Below are positions 34,853 through 45,980 of a DNA stretch of 64,000 nt, piece after piece (the stretch's first letter is position 1; the number at the start of each line of letters is the position of its first letter). A program made the translations under genes and the position numbers. This DNA comes from Vairimorpha necatrix (Eukaryota): positions 992,001-1,056,000 of the forward strand of contig CP142731.1 of the NCBI GenBank assembly GCA_036630325.1, read 5' to 3'. Below the pieces are notes generated by a model. The model saw only the letters and a program-made list of their open reading frames with translations, made no database searches and was not told the origin of the DNA.

Positions 34853-37800
34853 TGTGATATATTTGTATAATTTCTATCCCCCATTATGATAAATAAAGAC
34901 ATGGGGGCGATACCGAATCGTCAGTTTACAAGTGTGGACTGTGGTCTAGAGGCCAAAAAGTTATTAAAAGAAGTTAGAAGAATAATGTATAGGTTGGAGA
35001 TGGAGGAAATAGAAATCAGTTTGTGGAAGCAGAGAATATTTATGGAAGGAAGTGAAGAAATAAAAAATTTCATGGTAGAAAGAATTAGTAAAGAGGACGA
35101 ATATTATAAAATAATTGAGAAATTAGAGGAGGAAATATGTAGAGAAGAAAGAACTAAAAAAGAAGAAGGAAATAGGAGAGAACTTATGGAGGTCATAGCT
35201 GAGAATGTTAGAGAAACTGTGAGAAAAGAAATTCAAGAGAAAGATTTAGTTTTAAGGAATACAGTACAAGAAATAAGAAATAATAGGAATTGTTTTAATT
35301 GTGGTAAATTTGGCCATATGGCTAGGAACTGCTATTTAGGGAGGAACAATAATCAGGAAAATAATAAAAAGTTTAATAAGTACTTAAATTTAGACGAAAA
35401 CCAAAGTTGTAGTAGCAGTAATGATAATAAAGAATATAAACCAAGTGGAAAGACAAAACGAGTTAAGTTAAAGGAATGTAATAATAGTGATAGAAGACAT
35501 AAAGAAAGAATATATGCGAGCAATAAAGAGACGAAAAGAAGATTACTGAAGAGGGCATTTACGTTGGAAGATCTCAAAGCGGAATATGAAGAAGTTTTTA
35601 AACAAGGAGATGAGGTTATAAGTTATTGTACATTAGAGAAGTGTAAGATAGATACTCCAGAGGGTAAGAAGATAGTCAGAAAGGGACAGACGATCCCACA
35701 GGCTTTGATCAAACAGACTGAGGAATATATTAATGATTTAGAAAATAGAAAAATTATAAGAAGATCGTCTTCGGAATGGCGAAACCCAATAAGAGCGATA
35801 CTTAAACCAAGTGGTGAAGTAAGAGTAGTTAGTAATTTTATAGGGTTGAATGATTTAGTCGAGAAAGACCCGTATGAGCTAACGAATATGAGAGAAATAA
35901 TAAGAGCTACGCAAGGGTCGATAATATTTACTGTTGTTGATTGCAAAGAAGCATTTTACCATTTTGAAATCGAAGAAAAAGATAAACATAAGACGGCGTT
36001 TGAATTTAATAAAAAAGTTTACGAATGGAATAGTATGGTGATGGGATACAAAAATTCCCCACAGATACTACAGAGAACGATGAATATGATTTTTGAAGAT
36101 TTGCGGGGAAATGGTGTTGAGGTATACATGGACGATATAGTAATACATGCCAACAATAAACGTAAACACGATGAATTAGTAATAGAAGTTATAGAAAGAA
36201 TTAAGAGAAATAAAATGAAATTAAATATTGGGAAAATACAGTTTAGACAAGCGGAAGTAAAATTATTAGGTGTGACGCTGAATGGAATAGACATGACGGC
36301 CGACGAAATAAAGAAAAATGAAGCCTTGGAGTATCCGGATCCAAAAACTTTGACGGAATTGAGGAGGTTTCTAGGATTGACTGGATGGTTCAGACCATTT
36401 ATAAAAGATTATGCCGGGCTGACGTTGAAAATGACAGATAGTTTGAAGAAAAATGGCAATTCGTGGAAATTTACGGAAGAGATGAAAGAGGAATTTACTA
36501 AAATGAAAAATGTGTTAAGAAATATGGGAAGACTAAGATTACCGGACTATAATAAGGAGTTCATACTAAGAACAGACGCTAGCAATTTGAGATTGGGTGC
36601 GGTGTTACTTCAGAAGAATGAGAATGGGGAATGGGTTGCTATACAATGGGCATCTAAAAAGCTAACACCTACCGAAATAAGATATGGAATATCAGAAAAG
36701 GAAATGCTTGCGATATATTGGGGCATTGATAAATTTAAATACGAGTTAAGAGGTAGGAAATTCAAGATAGAAACGGATCACAAAGCACTGGTGGAGATAA
36801 GAAATAAACCGTTTTTTAATAATAACAGAATAAATCGCTTAATCGAGAAGATACAGGAATATGATTTTATCGTGGAATATAAAAAACCTGATGAGATGGT
36901 GGTAGCAGATGCGTTGAGTCGAATAAATATGGAAGAGGATATTAAAGAAATGAAAAATAAAGAGCGAACAATCAAGCAAACAGAAGGTAAATGGAAAGCA
37001 CATGTTTTTTCCGAGAATGGAAAGCAATATTGGCAATTTGACTCAGGACGTAAAGTTGAAATACCACCTGAGAATATAAGGAGACAATTAATCCAAGAAT
37101 ATCATGAAAAAGTAGGCCACAGATGCATGACAAGTGTTTATTATGCAATGAGAGAAGAATACTATTGGCCAGGAGTAAAGAAAGAAATAAACGAGGTTAT
37201 AAAACAGTGTCAGAAATGTCAGATATATAACAGGAAAAATATGGGTGGTTGTGAATTTGTAGATACGTCGAGATACTTAGAGAAGGTTGCATTAGATTTG
37301 ATAGACTTTAGAAATGAGAAGAAATATGTTTTAGTTGCTATTGATTATTTTACACGTAGAGTATGGGGAGTAGTTATAAATAACAAGTCAAGTAATAATG
37401 TTGTTGGATTTTTGAAAAGATTATGTGAGCAAGGGAAGAAACCAGAAGAAATTATTACAGATAACGGGAAAGAGTTTATTAACGTGGAATTTAGAAAATT
37501 TTGTAGAGATCTCGATATAATACACCGACAAGTAAGTATAGAAGCGCATAGAAGTAACGGAAGAGTAGAGCGTGTTATAGGAACTTTGAGAGAAAGTATT
37601 TTAAAGTCGGATGCGAAAACTTTTGAAGGCAAAGTGTATAAAAGTATCGATATATATAATCAGAGCTATCATACGGGAATAAAATGTACACCATTAGAAG
37701 CGACTGAAGATAAAACTGGAGACGTAATGCTTGAAAATAGCCCTATGGGGAAATATTGTAATAGGTTTGGAAAGGGAAAGATCGAAAAATATAGTAAATG

Positions 37801-38071
37801 TCAATTGGTAAGAATAGCTAAACGAGAAAATTTGGCAGGTGTTAATAAGTATGAAAAAGGAAGATTTTTGGATACAGGGAAAATTGTTGAAAAGTGTGGA
37901 AAAGATTCTTATATTGTAAAACTTAGTAATGGTAGGCTTGTGAAGAAGAGACATTATGATCTGAAGGGTATGCTTGGGGTAGATGTGAAAATTAGATGAG
38001 ACTAACCGTCTTGAGGGGGGGATGTGATATATTTGTATAATTTCTATCCCCCATTATGATAAATAAAGACA
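34853..38071 (+). mobile_element. Complete Ty3/Gypsy LTR retrotransposon with 49-bp LTRs
   Basis: Identical LTRs 34853-34901 and 38023-38071 (TGTGATAT...AAAGACA); 5-bp TSD ATAAT; PBS TGGGGGCGATACC; G-rich PPT 38013-38022; single intact ORF. Confidence 0.96.
34886..37999 (+). CDS. Polyprotein: mini-Gag with CCHC knuckle, RT, RNase H, integrase (no protease motif)
   Basis: CFNCGKFGHMARNC; VDCKEAF, MVMGYKNSP, YMDD; RTDAS, EKEMLA, ETDH, ADALS; H..VGH...CQKC; LDLID, TDNGKEF, NGRVER. Confidence 0.95.
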   Translation: MINKDMGAIPNRQFTSVDCGLEAKKLLKEVRRIMYRLEMEEIEISLWKQRIFMEGSEEIKNFMVERISKEDEYYKIIEKLEEEICREERTKKEEGNRRELMEVIAENVRETVRKEIQEKDLVLRNTVQEIRNNRNCFNCGKFGHMARNCYLGRNNNQENNKKFNKYLNLDENQSCSSSNDNKEYKPSGKTKRVKLKECNNSDRRHKERIYASNKETKRRLLKRAFTLEDLKAEYEEVFKQGDEVISYCTLEKCKIDTPEGKKIVRKGQTIPQALIKQTEEYINDLENRKIIRRSSSEWRNPIRAILKPSGEVRVVSNFIGLNDLVEKDPYELTNMREIIRATQGSIIFTVVDCKEAFYHFEIEEKDKHKTAFEFNKKVYEWNSMVMGYKNSPQILQRTMNMIFEDLRGNGVEVYMDDIVIHANNKRKHDELVIEVIERIKRNKMKLNIGKIQFRQAEVKLLGVTLNGIDMTADEIKKNEALEYPDPKTLTELRRFLGLTGWFRPFIKDYAGLTLKMTDSLKKNGNSWKFTEEMKEEFTKMKNVLRNMGRLRLPDYNKEFILRTDASNLRLGAVLLQKNENGEWVAIQWASKKLTPTEIRYGISEKEMLAIYWGIDKFKYELRGRKFKIETDHKALVEIRNKPFFNNNRINRLIEKIQEYDFIVEYKKPDEMVVADALSRINMEEDIKEMKNKERTIKQTEGKWKAHVFSENGKQYWQFDSGRKVEIPPENIRRQLIQEYHEKVGHRCMTSVYYAMREEYYWPGVKKEINEVIKQCQKCQIYNRKNMGGCEFVDTSRYLEKVALDLIDFRNEKKYVLVAIDYFTRRVWGVVINNKSSNNVVGFLKRLCEQGKKPEEIITDNGKEFINVEFRKFCRDLDIIHRQVSIEAHRSNGRVERVIGTLRESILKSDAKTFEGKVYKSIDIYNQSYHTGIKCTPLEATEDKTGDVMLENSPMGKYCNRFGKGKIEKYSKCQLVRIAKRENLAGVNKYEKGRFLDTGKIVEKCGKDSYIVKLSNGRLVKKRHYDLKGMLGVDVKIR

Positions 38072-39570
38072 ATAATGATTATTAATCTAAAATGTTTAAG
38101 AATACTTTAGATAAAAAATGATTATATTTTTTTCGTCAAAAATATACTGCAAATATAAATATTTGTTCAAAACTGAACTTTAAGTTAAGGAATATAATTT
38201 TTAAATTTTTTGCTATATTTGTAGGTCCATACAAATCTTCATTATTGATATATTTTTTCGTAGTTTTCTGGTATATGTACATATTCTAGATATACTTCAA
38301 GTTAAGTTATTTTTTTAAAGTTTTACACAAATTATGTATGAAATTCTTTTATCTATATGATATGGAAGTAGAAAAATTGAATTTTTTACAATAAAAATTT
38401 CTTATGACATGGATCAAATTTATAAATTTTTATACACTGATAAAGTTAAGAATTGATTCTTATTAAATATAAACTTTGTCCATATTTAAATACACAAAAG
38501 GTAATAAACTTAAACAAACATTAATATATGCACTTTTGAAAGACGAAGTATGCAATAAATCGCAAAGATTAAACCAATAGGCATTATTTAATACATGGCT
38601 CCATAAAACTACGGGGGATGTTTTTTTCTCAAGATTACAAAAATAATAAATTTCGTTTATTTTGAAAAAAAATGTAACGAGTCTATGTTTAAAGCAAACT
38701 AATATCCCAAATACATTGTTTAAGATATTATATTGCTAATTTCAAATAAATTTTAACACAAAAGGCACTTTAGAGCATTAGATCACTTGCAAAAACCAAA
38801 GAATACAACAGAGAATGCGAAATGGCTTTTTTTCTTGTGCATCAAATATATTTATTTGAAAACATGTCTACAAATATAAAATCTATAATTAAAGTATTTA
38901 GAATGTTTGAAAAGTTTAATATACGCTTGCAACCCGATTTCTTTGAAACACATTATAATAGTCAAAATATCCTACTTCAATAACACTTGTAAAAGATGTA
39001 TTCTCACAAGCAATAATCTTTAGATGACTAAAATAAAAAGCGTAGGAGTATAAATATGATTGTTTAATAAAATAAAATAAGCTCTTAAATTCGGGTTATA
39101 TTAATTTTACTAGTAAGCGAATTTTGCTGATTTAGATGTTTTACTCTGTTGTTTTTTCAAACTATCCTTTATGTTGAAATTATATTTGAAGTTTCGATTT
39201 GTAAAGTGATTAACAAATAGCAAAGATCTTAAATAGTAATATAGATGTAGTTATTACCAAGTTTCGTCCCTTATATTCAATTTATTAATAATTTCAATAA
39301 CAAGATAGAAGTGTTAATTGCGCAAACCTCTTCCTATTAGATAATTTGTTTTGGTTATAATAATTATGTTTTTTTATAAATTTATATTATACATTGAGCT
39401 AAAATAAACTGTCGAGTTTCTCTATTTATCGATAATTATACTTACATAAATAAATGTAAATTAATTTATCAAAAATATATAATATTTTCTTTAAAGTAAA
39501 TTGAATGTAAATGTTTACAAAAAAACTGTTTTAATATATATTTATGATAAAAAATACATACCCCTTTGTT

Positions 39571-40830
39571 ATGACGACAATACTTTATTTCATCCAGTTA
39601 TTTTCGCTACGATTTATATCAATAAAATCTAGCAACGATCAGATATTTGAAATAAACAATATTATGAGGATCGAAGATGATCAGCTTTGCGATATATTAG
39701 TAAACTATACAAAAAATACCAACTTACTTATCGATGCCGTCTTTAATTTTGCTGAATTGGTGTGGTTTAATTTGATAAATCATAATATATTTTGCGATAT
39801 ACTAAAAAGAAACAATTTAGTATATATCTTTGAGAAAAGAAGAGCTGTGTTAAAGAATGATTATTTAGAGAAAGTGTTTAGAAAATTTGGTATTGGTCGA
39901 GATGTCAATCTAAAATTAACTCCGCTTACATTCATTGAAGACAAGTTTATTGAGAACATTGTTCAAGAAACGCTAAATATTTATAAATCGATACACCTTT
40001 GTTATAAAGATATTATTAATAGATTTAATCCTATTATCGATACAATCCAAATTATTATTGATCAAAAATTATGTTTTAAATCTAACAATATAAGTGAGTA
40101 TCCTTTTGCTATTTTTAAGGTATGTAAAGGCATCTTGACAAGATATGATAAATGTATTGATAAAGAAGAAAAATGGTATGTTGTAAAAATGATGAAAAAA
40201 TATCAAAGAAATATGGAAAACGCAGAATGCGCAGATAATCTTAGTTTTATTAATACAACCTTCAGTTATCATAAAAATTTAGACAATTCAAGTTACAGTA
40301 TTTTTGAAAATTTTACTAATCCAACTTACAATGTTTCTGAAGACTTAACCAATACAACTTTTAATACTTTTGAAGTTTTAACGGATACAACTTTAGATAC
40401 AATTGATAATTATACCAATACACCTTCTGTTGCTTATGATAATTATCCCACTCCAACTTTAAATAAAATCGATGATTCCACAAATACACCTTCCAGTGCT
40501 TATGATGACAATAATACTTCAAGTTTAAATACATTTAATGATCCTGCCGATAATTCAACTACTGTTTTTGAGGAATTAACTTATTCAACATCAAGTTACA
40601 GTAATCTAACTGAAAAATCAAATACAACTCTAAAAAGTAATAATTATGACACGTCAATAGGTTTTAATCAAAACTGGATGCTACTATTGATAGTAATAAT
40701 TTTATCTATTATTGCATTGGTATGTATAATCTACACTGTATATAAGCTCTCACCTTGGTGTAAAAAATATAAGGTAGAAAGATTTGAAAATAATCATTTT
40801 TATGAAACATTAAAATTAAGAGATCTTTAA
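39571..40830 (+). CDS. Type I membrane/surface glycoprotein with T/N/S-rich mucin-like stalk
   Basis: Start moved to ATG 39571 (cccctttgttATG); signal peptide; ~11-aa degenerate repeats (FENFTNPTYNV / SEDLTNTTFNT); TM WMLLLIVIILSIIALVCIIY. Confidence 0.8.
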   Translation: MTTILYFIQLFSLRFISIKSSNDQIFEINNIMRIEDDQLCDILVNYTKNTNLLIDAVFNFAELVWFNLINHNIFCDILKRNNLVYIFEKRRAVLKNDYLEKVFRKFGIGRDVNLKLTPLTFIEDKFIENIVQETLNIYKSIHLCYKDIINRFNPIIDTIQIIIDQKLCFKSNNISEYPFAIFKVCKGILTRYDKCIDKEEKWYVVKMMKKYQRNMENAECADNLSFINTTFSYHKNLDNSSYSIFENFTNPTYNVSEDLTNTTFNTFEVLTDTTLDTIDNYTNTPSVAYDNYPTPTLNKIDDSTNTPSSAYDDNNTSSLNTFNDPADNSTTVFEELTYSTSSYSNLTEKSNTTLKSNNYDTSIGFNQNWMLLLIVIILSIIALVCIIYTVYKLSPWCKKYKVERFENNHFYETLKLRDL

Positions 40831-42106
40831 GTTTATAATAGTAAACATAATCTAGTTTGGGGGGTTTGAGGAAACCCCCTTGTATTTAATTAAATTAAAG
40901 TATAAAATTCCATTTAAATTTTTTAGGGTCCTATATATTTATTTTAAACCCTTTTCTTAATATCTAAATGTCAAAACCTCTGGTCATTGCATTTGTTGTA
41001 ACTCTAGTTACCAATCGTTGCTCTCTATCAGATATCAAACTGTTTGATCACAGACTGGTCTAATCCAAGATGATTTTTACAATCATTGTTTCAAACACAA
41101 ATATAAAAAGAAAAATTCTCAACAAACATGATATTTCATTCAGACTAATTTACGTTTTCAACAACACTTTTTTATTTGAATTTTAAAATTTGAATGTTTG
41201 AAATTAGTATATAAATCTCGAAACATCTATAAATTAAAAAAAATTTATAGATAATAAACATCTGATCAATTAGAATTTTTATTTGGTGCGTTATAATCAC
41301 TACAATAAGATCAATAAAAAAAATAATTAATGTATAATTTTTTAACAGAAGCTCTATGTCTATATTTTTTTAAAATACATTCAAGATTTCTGCAATATAT
41401 TTACCATTATTCACAAAATGTTTCCTGTTCTATTTTATAAATAATTGTTGCATATGATAATACTTGAAGATACTCAATACTAATTATTATATTTAATACG
41501 ATGTTAAAGGTATCAACGCATATTTTTATTTTCTTATGTGATAAGAGAAAAGTTATAAAAACAGAGTTAATGGATAATTAAGGTAACTTTACACTTTAAT
41601 AATTCAGGATTATTGCATAAAGTATGCTCATTCAAAAAAAACGTTCGGAAAAGGCGAGGCCAATTTATTTGGAGCCTACGAGCATAAATATTTACATAGT
41701 ATTTAAGAACTGTGAATAGCTTATATTTAAATTTAAGACAGGGAATGTTTGTATTCCACGTCTAAAATAAACGTAGAGCGACGAATTGAATTAATTTTTC
41801 TATGTCATTGTCTATTTTACACCTATAAGTTTAAAGGTTACTTTGTTAGTTTATCCTCACATGTTTATCGTGAATGTTTAAAAATTTCCCGCTATTTCTA
41901 ATAACATATCCAGTGTTCTGTTTTTTATCAAAATACTCTCATATTGTTCTTAGAATTCAATGTTTGTAAATATATCTTTTTCTAGGTTTTAAGTTTGATC
42001 TTATTTTGTTGTTATTACACCAAACAACCTTTACGATTTAATTTTGTTTATAAAATAAAAAGACATCTGCACTGATATTAAAAAACATAAAATGTTTTTA
42101 TTTACA

Positions 42107-43000
42107 TTACGATTCATTATCTGTTATGACTTTTTCTAAATTTTCAATAATTATCAAGCAATTTTCACATATCTTATTAAGTTTTTCAAATAAATTGTCC
42201 AAATTTTTGTAAATTTTATACAGCGCGTTTTGTAATTTATTTTTATCATTTTCATTGAATTTAATAAAATATTTATACTCGATAAAAATTTTAAATATTT
42301 CAAATCTTTCAACTACATAATAAACATCTTTAAAAACATTGAACCTAATAGGCAAAGTACTATAAAAATCGATTATTTTGTAACTATCTAATTTACAATA
42401 GAGTTTTTTATTAAAACTCGTTTTTAAAAAATAAAATATTGAATCAAAAAAATCAATTTGATCTTTTAAATTGTCTGAATATTCGTCACTGGCAACAATA
42501 GATATCGCCGTTTTAACTGTATTGATATATTTTTGATAAGACGTATAAAATATTTGGAACCTGCGTTGGATATAAAGTTTTGCTTTTCTAAAGATTTTTA
42601 TTTCATTTGTTTCAATGTCCTTTAAAACACATTTAATTTCAATCTTGTTATTATCTTCTTGATCCCACGCATCAATTTGATCATGCAATTTTTTTTTCAG
42701 TGATTTATAGTCTAAAAAATTTTGTAGTTCGTTCATATCCAAGATAAGTATTTTTCTACCTTTATTAATGTATTCTAAATACAAATTGTTCGAATTTCCT
42801 GAATTAGAAGGCAAATACTTATAATTGTAAATTTTTTCAATTGGGGTTATGCGTTCATAGAAATTATCAGATTCATCGGAATTATCTAACTTTCTTTTTC
42901 TTGTTTCATCTGGTTTATATATTGTACATGGAAAATAATCGGTCTCAAGTGTCGAGCTTCTAATGACCGAATAAATAGTCAATAGAATGTTTTGTATCAT
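42107..43000 (-). CDS. Secreted protein, family member 3
   Basis: 297 aa; FPCTIYKPDETRKRKLD; LQNFLDYKSLK; CCC motif before ATG. Confidence 0.8.
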   Translation of the reverse strand: MIQNILLTIYSVIRSSTLETDYFPCTIYKPDETRKRKLDNSDESDNFYERITPIEKIYNYKYLPSNSGNSNNLYLEYINKGRKILILDMNELQNFLDYKSLKKKLHDQIDAWDQEDNNKIEIKCVLKDIETNEIKIFRKAKLYIQRRFQIFYTSYQKYINTVKTAISIVASDEYSDNLKDQIDFFDSIFYFLKTSFNKKLYCKLDSYKIIDFYSTLPIRFNVFKDVYYVVERFEIFKIFIEYKYFIKFNENDKNKLQNALYKIYKNLDNLFEKLNKICENCLIIIENLEKVITDNES

Positions 43001-43713
43001 ATATGGGCTTTTTGTAGATTCATTACATTTATATATTAAAAACAGTATTTAATTCCACGTCATATTAAAAATGTTATTATATTAATTTTTAAACCTTAAA
43101 ATTGAATGTAAACATTAAACAAAAAGTATGGAAAATCCAATTTATATGACTTCGTACAAAACTTATTGTTTATGTATCTGTAATAATGGACTGTCTATTT
43201 GTAATAAAAAAAAGATATAAACAGGAACTGGTTTGATAGAATTTGCTTCTTTGTCAACAAAATAATAATCAAAGTTATTGTTTATTATTGACATTGAATA
43301 AATAACATTGTAATTAAATAAAAACAAATCTAAAAATGTTTGACATGCAATAAAGTTTTTTGTTATTTTCAAAGCAATAATGCTTTTATACTATAAATTA
43401 AAAAATTAAAACTGGAAATTTTGATTGTCGATAAAAAACTAATTTAATTTTTCTAACATGTGTAAGGGAGGATAAGACCGTACAAATGCACCTTTTAGCT
43501 TAGCTCACAATTTCCCTTACCTAACGTTAAGCTATTGCTCTCGACTCTTCTAGAAATGTATTAAAAATACAATATTAATTTTTAATGGGTAAAAAAGTTT
43601 GATTTTTTTGTTTATGTAAACGAACTAGGCTGAGTAGCCTTTCTATTTCAGTTTCTCTCTTCATAAAACATTTTATTTTTTCTCTCTTTCTATAGACTCT
43701 ATGTATTTGCTCT

Positions 43714-44513
43714 AGGTGCCCTTGGCCGAGTGGTCGAAGGGATGTTCTCATTGACCAATGGGCTGGGTTCGAGTCCCAGGGGCACCAAATTGTTTCTACT
43801 TTCTATGATGCAGTTGGAACAACTCAGATGATGAAAATGTCCACGGTAATCATTAAGTTGATTCAATGAAACTTGTGTGTGTCCAGCCACAAGGGGATTA
43901 GCATCTAGTGTAGAAACGCACCTCAAGGCCTGAAAAACAGTATCACCCTTTGGTGACTTAATGATACATAAAAGTATCTAATGGGTACGACCTAGTTGGA
44001 GCCCATGGCTGGTGCACTCTAGAGTGGGATCCTAGAGCTAACTAAGAGGCTAGACGAAGTAGGGCAACAGAAGGTCTCGTGGACCCTATCCTACATGATT
44101 CTGTAACACGGTGGCCGAAACTAGTGGGAGACTGGTGGTCAACGCAGTCCAATAAAAATGCCGGGCTGGGGATGTGGTCGTGTAAGGAGCCGTGTGTGCG
44201 ATACAGATGATTGTAGGGACCTTTGAGTCAGTACGATGATGTCTCTCCTCGGGTTATAGATAACCATGCTCGTTAAGTATATCCGCTGTGAGGTCACTCT
44301 GGACGCGATTTGAGGTATAAATGGAAAGTGTTCTCCTGGAGCCAAAGTCCCAATGGATACGGCGGAGCTTGCTGCACCGGCAAGTTATACGGAGGGAGTT
44401 TTAGTGAGTAAGAATCTCACAGTACCAGTTGGAAAAGGATCACACTCAAATCCCTCTGGTCCCTATGTAAGGTTTCTCCCTACCTCTTACTTGCAAAGAA
44501 AAAAAAAAAAAAA
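43714..44513 (+). mobile_element. tRNA-headed SINE-like retroposon, copy 2 (better preserved)
   Basis: Head 43715-43787 with A box TGGCCGAGTGG, B box GGTTCGAGTCC, 7-bp acceptor stem and 5-bp T stem; poly(A) tail; 13-bp TSD atgtatttgctct (43701-43713 and 44514-44526). Confidence 0.9.
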
Positions 44514-45239
44514 ATGTATTTGCTCTCTTGCGTTTTCTTTGTGTAATCGATTGAATCATGTATTCTGAATTTCTTTTGTGCTATACTATAAAATCTGAAA
44601 ATACTGCACCTAGCCATATATAATTTAAAGATATTTTATTTACTTATACATTCAAAGTCAAATTGTTGAGTAAATATTGGAGAGGCTAAAATATGTGTTT
44701 TTATAATAATCCAAATAATTCATCTACTTCTATTGACGTTTTGTAATTTTTAAAAGATAAAATAGCAAGAGTCATCTGAGTTTATTTTTTTATTATGCAG
44801 ATTTTTAAAACGTAATGTCGAACTCGTTTAATGAACCCTTTTGTTTTAAACCCTCTAAATATTGAGCAACGTGGCAATAAACCTTGTTATTTATGTTACA
44901 AATTCATTTGGAAATTTGCTCTCTGAGAATGTTTAATAATAAAATTGGACCATATATGCGGGAATATTAATCCAAAGAAATTATTTCCTTCATACCAGCC
45001 CAGTTTTTTTCTTACAGGAGTGTCAAATCGTTATAGTCCCATGTTTATATTTCTCTAGTGTTATATGTGAATTTCTATATTCCTTGTTAAAATTTCTATA
45101 GTGCCATGCTCGAATTTGATATTCGCATGCAAAATTAAATTTCAAGTTCAATAAAAAGTTTATTAAATAAAGTTTCTCTTGCTTTGGACTTTTTTTAGCC
45201 AGCCTATAATATTTATGTAAAACCTTTGAAATTCACGCC

Positions 45240-45980
45240 TATAATTTAAACCCAAAACAATATCAAGAATTGTTGCAACTGGACTTTATGTATAATGAAA
45301 AGATGTAAATTTTGTTTAAAGCAACAAAAAAAAATCTTTTACAAGATTTAAATGTGGAGAATAAGGAAACAAAATTTTATGATTGGCGGCTAGATTATTA
45401 AATTTTTGTAAAACTATCCGCGAATAAATAAACTAGCATTATCTATTATAAAAACTTTGCTAGGTTTTTTCAGAAAGAGCATAGATAATTTCTTTCTCGA
45501 CAAAGTTCATAAACCCTTCAGAGTTACACGCTCCACGTTTAACTAAAAAGGCAATAATCCATTATTGTAATTACACACATGTAACTAATATTTTAGCTAT
45601 ATTGCTGGCATATTCTATCTGGCTCTAAAGTTTTTTTCTGAGTATCCGCAACTAAGTGTCATTGAGCGTTTAACCCAGTTTCCTCATCCACTAGGTTTTC
45701 GACTGAGTACTAATTAAAAGTAAAAACATCTTTTTATTTAGGTTGTAACGGACTTACATTCGGGTAGCGATTAAAGAAGGCCTTTTCTTGTATAAGATTT
45801 TTTATTGTTTTTCGATATTGAAGATATAAAAAATTTACATTTGTGCGTGTTTTTAACTCGTTTAAAATTTTTTGTAGAACATATCGTTGACACAATGTAT
45901 TATATTTCTAATAACACAGCTCTATTGTGATTTTCGCTTTAAACCGACTGCGGAGTAGGCTACACTTTGATTAACCTGAT
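45240..45980 (-). mobile_element. Decayed Tc1/IS630-like transposase relic
   Basis: Minus-strand fragments LVDEETGLN, GACNSEGFMNFV, IDNAS, PYSPHLNLVK occur in the order expected for a DDE transposase; ends approximate. Confidence 0.6.

Noticed and set aside
35353-37954. Minus-strand ORFs over the Ty3/Gypsy elements (also 62403-63944)
   Set aside because: Antisense shadows of the pol frame
43715-43787. Functional tRNA gene
   Set aside because: No canonical anticodon stem-loop, and it is the head of a repeated element with TSD and poly(A) tail
44055-44105. HDV/CPEB3-like ribozyme in the SINE (GTAGGG..CAGAA..TTCTG)
   Set aside because: Could not build the nested double pseudoknot or find the catalytic C; a simple hairpin explains both copies
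44185-44225. Group II intron domain V (GAGCCGTGTG)
   Set aside because: The complementary 3' strand of domain V is missing
44810-45050. Third Merlin transposase remnant (NWAGMKEII on the minus strand)
   Set aside because: A single short motif with no TIRs found
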